A stretch of DNA of 64,000 bases, from assembly GCA_964584225.1 (NCBI GenBank), contig CAZOZG010000002.1, positions 5,127 through 69,126 on the forward strand, written 5' to 3'. The DNA comes from an uncultured Candidatus Saccharibacteria bacterium (GTDB lineage: Bacteria > Patescibacteriota > Minisyncoccia > Phycocordibacterales > UBA2100). Both the position numbers and the translations under genes were made by a program. Under the pieces are notes generated by a model, which was given only the letters and a program-made list of their open reading frames with translations, was not told where the DNA came from and did no database searches. Each line of letters starts with the position of its first letter. Position 1 is the first letter of the stretch. This document shows positions 26,143-35,953 of this stretch, piece after piece.

Positions 26143-26799
26143 ATGAGCAACGCTGTCGCTGAGGAAAATGCATTAAAGATGGAGCTCGCGGAAATCGTCC
26201 CGGAATACTATTCCCAATCCGGCATCGTGCAGTGGCTTTTTCACCGTCGGCTCAAGAGCGCGCTCGCGTTTCTGAAACGCTTCCCTGCGGCCTCGCTCCT
26301 TGACGCTGGCTGCGGTGATGGCTCATTTATGCAACTCATAGCGAGCGATGACACTTTGAAAGCCCTGCATGCGACTGGACTCGACATTAATCCGCGGATC
26401 ACGTCTCTCAAGAACGCAATGCCGCACTATTCGTTTGTAGTCGGAAGTCTACTCAAAATGGATCTTCCGGACGAATCATTCGATACAGTCGTGTCCCTCG
26501 ACGTGCTTGAACACTTTGAAAACGCCGACGTGCCCGTCGGCGAAATACGACGGGTCTTGAAAAAGGGCGGTCATTTCATCACGAGTGAACCTGTTGAGTC
26601 ACTACTCTATAAATCGCTCCGATTTCTTCTCAAGGGAACATTTTCGCAGGAGTCCGGGCCCGGCTCGAGCCCGCACCACTACAACGCACGCGGAATCGAT
26701 CAGGTCGTCCGCGCGGCCGGTTTTATCCGTCTCGAATCAAAGAAAATTCCCCTCCCCACCCCACTCGATCTCTTTCACATCAACTTGTACGAAAAGTAA
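26143..26799 (+). CDS. Class I SAM-dependent methyltransferase.
   Basis: LLDAGCGDGSFMQLIA...VVSLDVLEHFENADVPVGEIRRVLKKGGHFI. The start ATG lies 1 nt after the upstream TAA. Confidence 0.65.
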   Translation: MSNAVAEENALKMELAEIVPEYYSQSGIVQWLFHRRLKSALAFLKRFPAASLLDAGCGDGSFMQLIASDDTLKALHATGLDINPRITSLKNAMPHYSFVVGSLLKMDLPDESFDTVVSLDVLEHFENADVPVGEIRRVLKKGGHFITSEPVESLLYKSLRFLLKGTFSQESGPGSSPHHYNARGIDQVVRAAGFIRLESKKIPLPTPLDLFHINLYEK

Positions 26800-26835
26800 C
26801 TCACGCGGGAAACGCACGACGATGCGACCCGCGAT

Positions 26836-28017
26836 CTACTGCACTTCGCGGACAGGAACAGGAAATACGTATCGGTGCGGCCCGGATAATTTTTTCTTCA
26901 CTTCATCGAAATAGTCATGCACAAACACGACAAACACGTCGGGCTTGTGCTTTTCCAAATACGACATTGGCACGATCGGTATATGCGTTCCGGGAGTATA
27001 TTTATGCTGCTTAATCGGTGTCTCGTCGACAACAAACGAAATGAGGTCGGGTCCGATATTCCCGAAATTACATATTGTGGAGAGGCGCGCCGGTGCAGCA
27101 AAACCCGCGACGAGGAGGCCTTCCGACTTATACCTTTCAAGCGTTGCGCGAAGATCCGCAATTTGTGTGCGAGCTTCCTTCCCGAACGTAAGCACCCGCT
27201 CGGGCGTCAACCTGTTCGATTCATAGGCAAGATGCTGCGCCACGCTTTCACTCGGCGGTGCACCAGTTCCCTTCTTCTCTACGGTCGCTCGTAGCGAGCC
27301 ACCGTGAGAAGAAGTCTCTTCGACGTCGGACAAGTACATGCCATGTCGCTGGAACAGCTTTTCAAGTGATGTCACGGAGAAATACGAGATACGATCAAGG
27401 TAGAATCGCTCGAAGCGCATGTCTTTGAGTACCGTATCTACATACTCGATCTCGAGAATAAATTTCCCGTCTTCGGTGAGTAATTCTTTTACGTCATCGA
27501 TAAACGTGTGTGGATCGCCTAGGTGCGAAAACATGCTGAATCCTATTATCACGTCTGGCCGACCATGTTTCGAGACAATTTCTTTGACCGTTGTGGCATC
27601 AAAGAACGCGGTGATCGTTGTGAGGCCAGCTTCGTTGGCGATTTTAGATACGTTGATGGCTGGCTCGACACCAATTGCCGCAACACCCATTTCTTTCAGC
27701 GGTTTCAGCAGTATGCCATCGTTGGAACCGATATCAACGACAAATTTTGCGCGTGCCAATGTCTTTGCAAAATTCCTATAATGAGTAACAACGCCAGCAT
27801 TCACGGACGAAAGATGGTAGTAATCTTCAAACATTTTCTCTCGAGAAATTGTTGTCCCAATGTGTACGCTTTTACATGTTGGACAAAAGTACATTTTCAA
27901 CGGGTAAAATTCCTCGGTCGCAAATTCTTCTTTTGTCGGATACTTAATCGCAAGTGGTTGCCGGCCCAGATCAAGAAATTCAATGGTGTTTTCTGCGACG
28001 CATAGTCTGCATTGCAT
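26836..28017 (-). CDS. NDP-hexose C-methyltransferase family (TylC3-like: Zn-ribbon N-terminal domain plus C-methyltransferase domain).
   Basis: CRLC...LGRQPLAIKY...FCPTCKSVHIG has the CxxC...CxxC N-terminal layout of the TylC3-type family, followed by a Rossmann methyltransferase core. Confidence 0.55.
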   Translation of the reverse strand: MQCRLCVAENTIEFLDLGRQPLAIKYPTKEEFATEEFYPLKMYFCPTCKSVHIGTTISREKMFEDYYHLSSVNAGVVTHYRNFAKTLARAKFVVDIGSNDGILLKPLKEMGVAAIGVEPAINVSKIANEAGLTTITAFFDATTVKEIVSKHGRPDVIIGFSMFSHLGDPHTFIDDVKELLTEDGKFILEIEYVDTVLKDMRFERFYLDRISYFSVTSLEKLFQRHGMYLSDVEETSSHGGSLRATVEKKGTGAPPSESVAQHLAYESNRLTPERVLTFGKEARTQIADLRATLERYKSEGLLVAGFAAPARLSTICNFGNIGPDLISFVVDETPIKQHKYTPGTHIPIVPMSYLEKHKPDVFVVFVHDYFDEVKKKLSGPHRYVFPVPVREVQ

Positions 28018-28083
28018 ACGATGTGTTCACCACTATACCTTCTTTTGGTACTCGAGGAAATACAGCGCGTCAGAGTCGTGTCT

Positions 28084-29094
28084 TTACAGCCTCACGCGCT
28101 TGCCTGTCCGCGCCGATGTCCGTAAGGCTTCCATGACCTTCGCTTGCTGGAGAATTCTTGATCTCATCGACTTCATCTCTCCTCTATTCGTCTGTGTGAC
28201 GACATCATAGAAGTAGCGAAAACTAAGCGCGAATTGATTGACCGCCGGCACAGCGATCGTTTCGATCATATCTTTCATTCCATCATTTGTAATCAACTCA
28301 ACAAGCGGCACGAACGACGGCGGGATCGCAAACGCGCGGTTCGTGCGCACGATACCCTTCGATCCCCAGATCGAGTAGGTGTTTTGATAGTGATTATTAA
28401 AACCAAACGCCATAAAGGCGCTTCTGCCGCCGGGAAACTCTAATAGCGCGGAGCCGTGAACGTCGACCTCGTGACCGTTTTTGGAAAGAGTGCACATGAC
28501 TGCATGCGGTTCCTCGGCAAAAATTTTTCGGGCCATGAAGGCGGTGTAGCAACCACAGTCATTCAGCGCTCCGCCTCCTAGATCCTTTCGATAGCGGATG
28601 TCTTCTTGCGGGAACGGAGGAAACCCGTACGCCCCTTGCCACACCAGAGGAATTCCGATGGCTCCCTTTCGGAGGAGCGACATTATCCTCGCGTGCTGGG
28701 GATGAAATTCGGGGACGAAATTTTCATAGAGCGCGACGCCATATTTTTCTGATGCGCGGAGCATGCGCTTGGCGGAGGAAAGACTGCCGGTGATAGATTT
28801 CTCTACGATACAGTGCTTCCCCGCCCGCATCGCTTGCGTCACCCATCGTTCCTGCACGCCGACGGGAAGCGGACTATAGATGATGTCAATGCGTTTGCGG
28901 GCGATGAGCGATTCGTACGATTTTATTTCCAGGCTGTGCTTTGCCGCTCACGCGCTTGCTTTTTCCCGTGTACGACTCGCCATCACCACGAGTTCCGCCT
29001 GTTCTATGCTCCTCAAGGCACCGATGCCATACCGCTCGGCAATATTCGCCGTCCCCAGTATTCCCACGCGCAGTTTCCTTACAGGACGGCGCAT
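28084..29094 (-). pseudogene. Gfo/Idh/MocA-family sugar oxidoreductase (candidate NDP-hexose 3-ketoreductase) interrupted by an in-frame TGA at 28950..28948.
   Basis: Manual translation from ATG 29094 gives MRRPVRKLRVGILGTANIAERYGIGALRSIEQAELVVMASRTREKASA*AAKHSLEIKSYESLIARKRIDIIYSPLPVGVQERWVTQAMRAGKHCIVEKS..., all in one frame. The track shows only the GTG-initiated downstream part 28084..28857. Confidence 0.55.
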
Positions 29095-29852
29095 ACGTTA
29101 CGTGCGAGCGAATTCACGACGTTGTCTACGCGTAAGAGCTTCTGAATCTGAAGGCGCGTCAGCCAGATGTAGTCGTCTGTAATCGGCACGTTCTCATGTT
29201 CGTCGACTTCGACAATCATGGTGCGATTGATCTTTCGATAAAACCGTCCGCCATCTTCGACGCCGCTCACGGTCGTGAGGAGACGCCCCTTGCCGCCCTC
29301 TCTGAAATATTCCACGAGCCGGGGATTCTTCCCTCGATGCGCTCGAGAGAGGTTACCTTCTGAGACCTGCAGAGCCGGAGATATCTGGACGCGGTCTACA
29401 TTTCCCGGCTCGAATTTGGCATAAAACAAGTAGTGGGGGACGCCGCCGATTACCTTGCGTATAACGCCCGAAATCCCGACTTCGGTCTGCTTCACCATCG
29501 GTTGCGACCATGAGGGAACTTCCCGGTCAGCGGCTCCGGTAACCTCGACTCCAATAATTGAGAAGAATTTTCCGCTCTCGTGCGCAATGCAGCCGGTTTT
29601 CGGATCGATCTTCCAATGCTGCATGCCCGTAATATTTGTTTCCTCAACGCGCGCCGGATACTCCGTTTGCTTTTTTCTGAGCCATGCGAGTACGCCTTCA
29701 ACGTCTCCGGATTTTTCAGCGAGCGCAAGCTCTTCGACACGCTCTGCCGCAGCGGTGATTGCTCGCGTGACGGTAAAGCCGGCATTTCCCACCAGTTTCG
29801 CAATATGTTCCGCAATGCCCATAGGTATGTACAGATCGGAGGGTGATGTCAC
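29079..29852 (-). CDS. NDP-hexose 2,3-dehydratase family (EvaA/TylX3-like), single-domain form.
   Basis: The C-terminal block DDYIWLTRLQIQKLLRVDNVVNSLARNVCAVL resembles the conserved end of hexose 2,3-dehydratase repeats. At 257 aa it is about half the usual two-repeat length. Confidence 0.45.
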   Translation of the reverse strand: MTSPSDLYIPMGIAEHIAKLVGNAGFTVTRAITAAAERVEELALAEKSGDVEGVLAWLRKKQTEYPARVEETNITGMQHWKIDPKTGCIAHESGKFFSIIGVEVTGAADREVPSWSQPMVKQTEVGISGVIRKVIGGVPHYLFYAKFEPGNVDRVQISPALQVSEGNLSRAHRGKNPRLVEYFREGGKGRLLTTVSGVEDGGRFYRKINRTMIVEVDEHENVPITDDYIWLTRLQIQKLLRVDNVVNSLARNVCAVL

Positions 29853-30578
29853 TCACGCCGCGCGCTTTGCGACTTCATTTGAGACTCGTAAGAGCGCGTC
29901 AAACGTTCCCGCATCAGACCAGCCGCCCCGGACGACTGCAAAGGTGAGTTTCTTCTTTTTGATATAGACGTTGTTGACATCGGTGATTTCCAGCTCGCCC
30001 CGCGCTGACGGTTTCAGTGTTTTGATTATTGAGAAAACGTTGGAGTCAAAGATATAAAATCCTGTCTGCGCAAGTTCCGACCTCGGCTCTTTCGGCTTCT
30101 CTTCGATCGTGAGAATCCGCTTCCCCGAGGTATCAAAGACCGGCACACCGAAACCTATGGGATTGTGCATCTCCTTGAAAAAGACAAGTGCGCCTCCTTT
30201 GAATTTTTTAAGTTCCTTTTTGAAATCCTTTTCGAAAATGTTGTCACCGAGAATGACCGCAACGTTGTCATCCTTCACAAAATCCTCCGCGTATTTCAGT
30301 GCATCGGCAATGCCGCCATTGTTGGTATCTTGGAGTGCATAGGAGAGCTTGACCCCATACTCAGTGCCAGAGCCGAGAAAGTTCATAAAGTGACCTGCGT
30401 GTTCGCGCCCGCAGACAATCATGATATCGCGTACGCCAGATTTTCTGAGTGTCTCCATCGGGTAGATAATCATCGGCTTGTTGTACACCGGCAGGAGATG
30501 CTTATTAGTAATGCGCGTCAGCGGGCTAAGGCGTGTTCCAAGGCCGCCCGCGAGGATCACTCCTTTTGTCTCTCTCAT
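29853..30578 (-). CDS. rmlA: Glucose-1-phosphate thymidylyltransferase (short form).
   Basis: KGVILAGGLGTRLSPLTRITNKHLLPVYNKPMIIYPMETL. The start forms an ATGA overlap with the rmlB stop. Confidence 0.75.
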   Translation of the reverse strand: MRETKGVILAGGLGTRLSPLTRITNKHLLPVYNKPMIIYPMETLRKSGVRDIMIVCGREHAGHFMNFLGSGTEYGVKLSYALQDTNNGGIADALKYAEDFVKDDNVAVILGDNIFEKDFKKELKKFKGGALVFFKEMHNPIGFGVPVFDTSGKRILTIEEKPKEPRSELAQTGFYIFDSNVFSIIKTLKPSARGELEITDVNNVYIKKKKLTFAVVRGGWSDAGTFDALLRVSNEVAKRAA

Positions 30579-31627
30579 ACCTTCGCGGAATGACCTTTCC
30601 ACAAATCGATGTGCGGATTAAAAACGCCTGTCCGCTGCCTGACGTTGTCTATCCAGGTGCGATGTGCGAGATACCACTCGATTGTGCTTTTAAAGGCCTC
30701 AGGAAACGAGTGCGAGGGTTTCCAACCGAGCTCACGCCGTATACGCGTGCTATCGATGGCATAACGACGATCGTGGCCCGGGCGATCCGGCACGTACTCA
30801 ATCCACGACTCATCGCGACCGAAGTGCGCAAGGATCATCGATGCGATGGTGCGATTATCCGTCTCATTGTCTGCACCGATGTTGTAGACCGCACCCGGCT
30901 TTCCCGCCATGAGGCAACGCAGGAGCGCATCACAATGATCTAAGACGTAAATCCAGTCGCGGACATGCTTCCCGTCACCGTACAGGGGCAATCGTTTACC
31001 TTCGAGCATGCGCACGATAAAAAACGGGATGAGTTTTTCCGGATACTGGTTTGGGCCGTAGTTGTTGGAACAATGGGTAACGACGACCGGCACACCCCAC
31101 GTCGCGTGAAATGCGCGACAGAGCAAATCGCCGCCGGCTTTTGTCGCAGCGTATGGCACATTCGGCTGGAACGCAGTACTTTCATGAAAGCGCTCTTTCC
31201 CCGTCAGGGGAAGCGTGCCGTATGTCTCGTCAGTCGAGACCTGCACGAATTTCGATACTCCAGACGCTTTGACTGCCTCGAGGAGGTGGTAGACGCCCTC
31301 GATGTTCGTTTTGATGAATTCGAGTGCGCCGACATGGATCGAGCGATCGACGTGCGTCTCCGCTGCAAAATTAATCACGTAGTGAGGTCGGAAATTCTCA
31401 AACACTCGTGTGACCGCCTCAGCATCCGCGACATCGCCGAGTACAAAGGTATACCGCGGGTCGTTCTCGATAGCAGTCAGATTTTCAAGATTTCCGGAAT
31501 AGGTGAGCCTGTCGAGATTGACGATGCGCACGTCACTGTGCTTACTAAGAATCGAGCAGATGAAATTTGACCCGATGAAGCCGGCGCCACCACACACCAA
31601 TACGGTTTTACCGTTTAGATCCGACAT
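30575..31627 (-). CDS. rmlB: dTDP-glucose 4,6-dehydratase.
   Basis: KTVLVCGGAGFIGSNFI...YAATKAGGDLL (YxxxK), an extended SDR. Confidence 0.85.
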   Translation of the reverse strand: MSDLNGKTVLVCGGAGFIGSNFICSILSKHSDVRIVNLDRLTYSGNLENLTAIENDPRYTFVLGDVADAEAVTRVFENFRPHYVINFAAETHVDRSIHVGALEFIKTNIEGVYHLLEAVKASGVSKFVQVSTDETYGTLPLTGKERFHESTAFQPNVPYAATKAGGDLLCRAFHATWGVPVVVTHCSNNYGPNQYPEKLIPFFIVRMLEGKRLPLYGDGKHVRDWIYVLDHCDALLRCLMAGKPGAVYNIGADNETDNRTIASMILAHFGRDESWIEYVPDRPGHDRRYAIDSTRIRRELGWKPSHSFPEAFKSTIEWYLAHRTWIDNVRQRTGVFNPHIDLWKGHSAKV

Positions 31628-31660
31628 AGTGATACCGACAGTAAAGCCTAGAACGAGCGA

Positions 31661-32653
31661 CTAGGCAACCGTCTGCTCTCCCATCGAAAGAAGCGATTCT
31701 TCTAATCGACGAAATGTGTCTGCGATGCCTTCCCGTTTCCACGTGTTACGTATGTGGACGGCAAATGGATCACCCTGCCACATATATTCCTCCATCTTGT
31801 CCGCATAAAAATCATAGTAGCCGTTCTCTGCGAAACCCGTTGACGAGAAGTACCCGTTCCGCTTCGGCATCAGTGAGAATCGCTCCGGAAGGCACGCGTC
31901 TATCACTTTATTGATATATCGCCCCTGATCCGCGCTCTTCCAGACGGGTTGCAATAATTCAATGGGCATCTGAGATTCCTTCAGCAGTTGTGCCACGCGA
32001 TAGCCGACATCGCGGGAACTCCCCATGCGCCATCGCTCTTTCATGCTCCACACAGACCGAGCAAAAAAAGAATCACCTCTTGTTTTCTTCACCGGGAACT
32101 CGCCACGCGGATTTGTCGCGCGATGCGTTGCCGTGAAAGGATAGGCGGGGTGAAAATTAAGTTCCATCGCCGGGACGCGTGTTGTGTCGACGAATAAACA
32201 CGTGTGAGTCGGGTAGTATCGTACTTTCTTTGAGTACTGGGGATGCCACGGCGCCCCGAACGCCGCGAGCTCCTGGCGACGCATGTGTGATACAATTTCG
32301 AGCGCCCAATTCGGACGAATGATAAAAAAGTCTGCATCCAAGAACATAATGAACCGGGTTCGGCATTGCGGGAGCAGACTATTGAGGGCAGATGATGCGT
32401 GAAATGGATACACGATGGGCTTCGCATATATCTTTTCGAATTCCGAAATCTCAAAACCTTGAAATATCTCTATGTCTCCGTCGGGAGGAGAGACCTTTTT
32501 CTCGCGCGGTGAGTTGTCGATGACAATCCAGCGAAGCGCGGCGTCTTCGTTGAGCTTTCGCGTGAGTCGCCAATTCATCGACAGTAAGTCGCTCGTCTCT
32601 TTGCGATGATATACCGAACAAATGGTCAGGTCGGGCATAGGAAATGTGTTCAC
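31661..32653 (-). CDS. Divergent GT-A-fold (GT2-like) glycosyltransferase, tentative.
   Basis: LTICSVYHRKE...RWIVIDNSPRE...FIMFLDADFF (DxD-like). Confidence 0.3.
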   Translation of the reverse strand: MNTFPMPDLTICSVYHRKETSDLLSMNWRLTRKLNEDAALRWIVIDNSPREKKVSPPDGDIEIFQGFEISEFEKIYAKPIVYPFHASSALNSLLPQCRTRFIMFLDADFFIIRPNWALEIVSHMRRQELAAFGAPWHPQYSKKVRYYPTHTCLFVDTTRVPAMELNFHPAYPFTATHRATNPRGEFPVKKTRGDSFFARSVWSMKERWRMGSSRDVGYRVAQLLKESQMPIELLQPVWKSADQGRYINKVIDACLPERFSLMPKRNGYFSSTGFAENGYYDFYADKMEEYMWQGDPFAVHIRNTWKREGIADTFRRLEESLLSMGEQTVA

Positions 32654-34020
32654 CGCCAGTGCTTTGGGATCAGCGGCGCGATGTAGGGTAAGCGGCCGGC
32701 GGCTTTGCGAATCAACATCCGTTCGTGCGGATCAAAGTCAAATAGTTCACTTACCGAAAGCGTAAATTCCGGTAGCACACCCTGAAGCCGCAGCGTCCGC
32801 TCGATCATACTCGCGAGTAGAATGAGCGTCGATCCGATACCGATGCCCGGCACGCCCCAGACGTACACCCCGAGCGCGGTCCCAATGACGGTAAATATAA
32901 TCTTCCACACCGTCGACCAAAAAAAGGCATACTGCGATTTGAGCGCGGCGAATGCGGGCGCGTAGACTGCCACGACCGCCGCCGGGAAAATACTCCACAT
33001 GAGTCCGAGCATGATCGGTACTGCCGGGCCGTACTTGGGGAAAATCAGTATCAAAATTGGCAAACCGACAAAGGTGGCCACGAGGAGCGGCACACACAGG
33101 ATGAGTTGCGCTTTCACCGCACTTTTCACATAGCGGATAAATTCGGTCGATTGATCGACATAGCGAGGCAGAAGAGGCGCAAGGACGCTGCCGAGCGGCA
33201 AAAAGGCGGTCACCTGACTATAAATCCCTTCAGCAAACGAAAAGAGGCCGACAGCTTCTGTGCCAAGAAAAAAACGGATAATCCAAATCTGAACCGTCGA
33301 GGCGAGCGTCCCCAGGTACGAATTGGCGACGCCCCACTTGCGATGATCTTGGAGCATGCGCCAAAACGCGTGCGGATCTTCGGCGTGCGAGCGACCGAAC
33401 ACGCGATACGCCGAAAGAGAGCGCGGCAAATACAAAAGCACGGTTACAAATTGTGAAATCACGATCGCATACAAAAGACCGTAGACGCCCATATCAAATG
33501 CGAAAAAGAGAAAACACAGCGCGACAAATTTTACGAACTCTTCGAGATTGGTGTAGAGCGCCTGGTCAAAATAGCGCAGCTCAATCGTGGCGAGCATAGT
33601 CGAAACGACGCGAAACGGCGTCACGAGAAGACTGAATGACGAAATCTTAATGAGCGTGCCAATCGCAGGGTTGCCCGCGAGCGCTGCGGCTCTGTCGGCA
33701 AAGAAAAAGAGTGCCGCCCATGCGACGATGCCCAGAAGCATATTGAGCGAGAGAAACTGCAAAAAAAGTGCTTTCATTTTTCCGAATTCGCCGCGAGTGC
33801 GCTCTGCGCCCATGTCCGCGATGATGACCGAATTGAGTCCAGGCAAAAGAAAAATGCTGATCGTGGAAATGACCGAAAGCACGAGTTGCGAGAGGCCGTA
33901 GTCGTAGACAGTCAGCGTCCGGAGGATGATGAAGACGTTGGCGAAGATGACGACTTTGGCGACGATAGTGCTCACGGTATTCCACGCGACACCGCGCCCC
34001 ACTGTGTTGACGATGCTCAT
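32650..34020 (-). CDS. Wzx-type polysaccharide flippase (MOP superfamily).
   Basis: About 12 TM helices. The start is set at the internal ATG, which forms an ATGA overlap with the GT4 stop at 34017. Confidence 0.6.
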   Translation of the reverse strand: MSIVNTVGRGVAWNTVSTIVAKVVIFANVFIILRTLTVYDYGLSQLVLSVISTISIFLLPGLNSVIIADMGAERTRGEFGKMKALFLQFLSLNMLLGIVAWAALFFFADRAAALAGNPAIGTLIKISSFSLLVTPFRVVSTMLATIELRYFDQALYTNLEEFVKFVALCFLFFAFDMGVYGLLYAIVISQFVTVLLYLPRSLSAYRVFGRSHAEDPHAFWRMLQDHRKWGVANSYLGTLASTVQIWIIRFFLGTEAVGLFSFAEGIYSQVTAFLPLGSVLAPLLPRYVDQSTEFIRYVKSAVKAQLILCVPLLVATFVGLPILILIFPKYGPAVPIMLGLMWSIFPAAVVAVYAPAFAALKSQYAFFWSTVWKIIFTVIGTALGVYVWGVPGIGIGSTLILLASMIERTLRLQGVLPEFTLSVSELFDFDPHERMLIRKAAGRLPYIAPLIPKHWR

Positions 34021-35171
34021 ACAGTTCGCTTGATAGTAGCAAGAATACGTGCGACCCGGGCGTCCCACGTGTATTTTTGCGAAAGCTCGCGCGCGCGCTT
34101 CGCGCGCGCGCTTTTCTCTGGACTCGTCAGTGCCTCCTCGATCCCACGCGCAAGTGCCGTCGGATCATCCGGTCGCACCAAAAAAGCAGATCGCTCATCG
34201 AGTACCTCGCGGACACTGGGTAAATCAGACGCCACGATCGGAATCCCAGAGGTCATGTATGAAAACAATTTCAGCGGCGACGTGTAACGCGCTGAAATAT
34301 CGAATCGACCGGAGTTAGGCAGAATAAGCACATCGGCGGCTGCTTGATTGTCAGCGAGCTCATGGTACGGTCGAATTCCGAAAAACTGCACGCGTGGATT
34401 CTTTGGCGCGAGCTTCGCGATTTGTTCTGGCTGGCCGCCGATGATTCCAACGACCACGTCTTCTGGCAAAAGTGTTACTGCACGCAATAGGACGTCGGTC
34501 CCCTTCCAGGCATCGATACGGCCGATATAGAGCGCGACATGTTTGTCGAGCGGCAGATTGAGCCGCGCGCGAGCCTTCGCGCGCGGCTCGGGATTGGCGA
34601 ACTCATTCAAATCCACCGCATCTGAAGCGACCGTTATTTTGTCAGCAGTGACACCCAGATGAACCAAATCATCCTTTAAACCCTGTGTGATCGCAACGAT
34701 TGTCGTTGCATGTGCGAGCGCTCGGAGAAGCAGTCGGTGCCAGCGCGGAATGTCATGCATCTCGATCACGACTCGATTTCTTTTAGGCGAACACAGAAAA
34801 AGCAGCGGATAATCGCGGCAGTAGATGATGTCGCCTGGTTTCGACACTTTAGAAAAAAACAAACTCACTACAAAAGAGAACACGTCGAATAGAAAAAGAA
34901 CGTACGGGAAAAATCGAGTCCGACTCCCCAGGTCAGGCATCGCGACTCGGCGAATACTAAATGTCGGTCGGATTTTGTAATAGTCAAAAGGATCTTGCCC
35001 CGCAAAGTTGCGCTTCCCCGGCACGACGAGCTCGACCGAAAGCCCTGCATTCGCAAATGCCGCGCACATATGCATTATCTGAAGCCCGTGCGCGCGGCCT
35101 GTCGGAATGCGCGCGGCAGAGATATACACGAGGCGTTTGGATGAGTTAGCGGTGTCTCCCATAGTCATCAT
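34017..35171 (-). CDS. GT4 (GT-B) glycosyltransferase.
   Basis: HVALYIGRIDAWKGTDVLLRAV...ILPNSGRFDISARYTSPLKLFSYMTSGIPIVASD. The start is ambiguous (35162, 35171 or 35207). Confidence 0.7.
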   Translation of the reverse strand: MMTMGDTANSSKRLVYISAARIPTGRAHGLQIMHMCAAFANAGLSVELVVPGKRNFAGQDPFDYYKIRPTFSIRRVAMPDLGSRTRFFPYVLFLFDVFSFVVSLFFSKVSKPGDIIYCRDYPLLFLCSPKRNRVVIEMHDIPRWHRLLLRALAHATTIVAITQGLKDDLVHLGVTADKITVASDAVDLNEFANPEPRAKARARLNLPLDKHVALYIGRIDAWKGTDVLLRAVTLLPEDVVVGIIGGQPEQIAKLAPKNPRVQFFGIRPYHELADNQAAADVLILPNSGRFDISARYTSPLKLFSYMTSGIPIVASDLPSVREVLDERSAFLVRPDDPTALARGIEEALTSPEKSARAKRARELSQKYTWDARVARILATIKRTV

Positions 35172-35952
35172 CGAGCCGGACAATGTCGCGCTCGTCAAAA
35201 TCGCCATACGCGACCTCCACGATGATTCCCCCGCGCTTCGATGCGAGCCGATGCACCTGCTTTTTCTTCACACGAAACACCTCGCCTTTTTTGAGCGCTA
35301 CGGTACGCTCCCCCGAAGCCGCGTGGACAACGGCCGATGCATCGCCCTGCAGCAGGAGCCACCACTCTTCGCGGCGACGGTGATACTGTAAACTCAATCG
35401 CTTCCCAGGCTTGACGTAGATGGTCTTGAGGTTCCAGCCTTTGCCGCTGTCCCAGCCGTAGTATTCGCCCCACGGTCGCAACGTGCGCGAGGCGGGCTTG
35501 CGTGCTGCATGTATCATCCACGACGACGATTGCACCTTGCCTCCTGTCCCGACGTTGAACGCCATCTTGATGCCGTACTTTTTGCACACGGCCGCCTCCG
35601 CAATGTCACGCGTGTTCTTTCGATCGCCACCATTGGCAAAGACTGCAGGCTTGAGGCGCGCGAGCGCGCGGCCAACACCGAGATTTTTCCCGCCCGGCCT
35701 GTCGTCGGTCACGACAACTGCGTCGACGAACGAAAAAGCACCGATCAATTCCGCGCGCTCGCGCGCCGACATGAAGACAAACCCCTTTTTATCCTTGAGC
35801 CAATTGTCGTTGTTCAAAATGACGACCAGCCGATCGCCGAGCGTACGGGCCGCTTGAAACATGCGTACGTGTCCGATATGCAAGGGGTCAAAGCCCCCTG
35901 AGACAGCGACAACCATGGGGCGGTGTTTTCGTGTTCGCTTCAGTGTTGGCAT
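35146..35952 (-). CDS. Sugar-phosphate nucleotidyltransferase (RfaE-domain-II/HxGH cytidylyltransferase-like) fused to a C-terminal cupin.
   Basis: MVVAVSGGFDPLHIGHVRMF...FANGGDR, then the cupin WGEYYGWDSGKGWNLKTIYVKPGKRLSLQYHRRREEWWLLLQGDASAV. Confidence 0.5.
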   Translation of the reverse strand: MPTLKRTRKHRPMVVAVSGGFDPLHIGHVRMFQAARTLGDRLVVILNNDNWLKDKKGFVFMSARERAELIGAFSFVDAVVVTDDRPGGKNLGVGRALARLKPAVFANGGDRKNTRDIAEAAVCKKYGIKMAFNVGTGGKVQSSSWMIHAARKPASRTLRPWGEYYGWDSGKGWNLKTIYVKPGKRLSLQYHRRREEWWLLLQGDASAVVHAASGERTVALKKGEVFRVKKKQVHRLASKRGGIIVEVAYGDFDERDIVRLDDDYGRHR

Positions 35953-35953
35953 G

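Noticed and set aside
28948-28950. Selenocysteine reading of the in-frame TGA.
   Set aside because: No SECIS-like hairpin is apparent immediately downstream. Gfo/Idh/MocA enzymes are not selenoproteins, and the position aligns to a hydrophobic or aromatic residue, not an active-site Cys. Kept as pseudogene or error, not Sec.
34078-34112. Alternating (CG)n tract GCTCGCGCGCGCTTCGCGCGCGCGCTTTT.
   Set aside because: It lies inside the GT4 coding region and encodes an Arg/Ala-rich segment. (CG)n is inherently self-complementary. No evidence of a discrete element.
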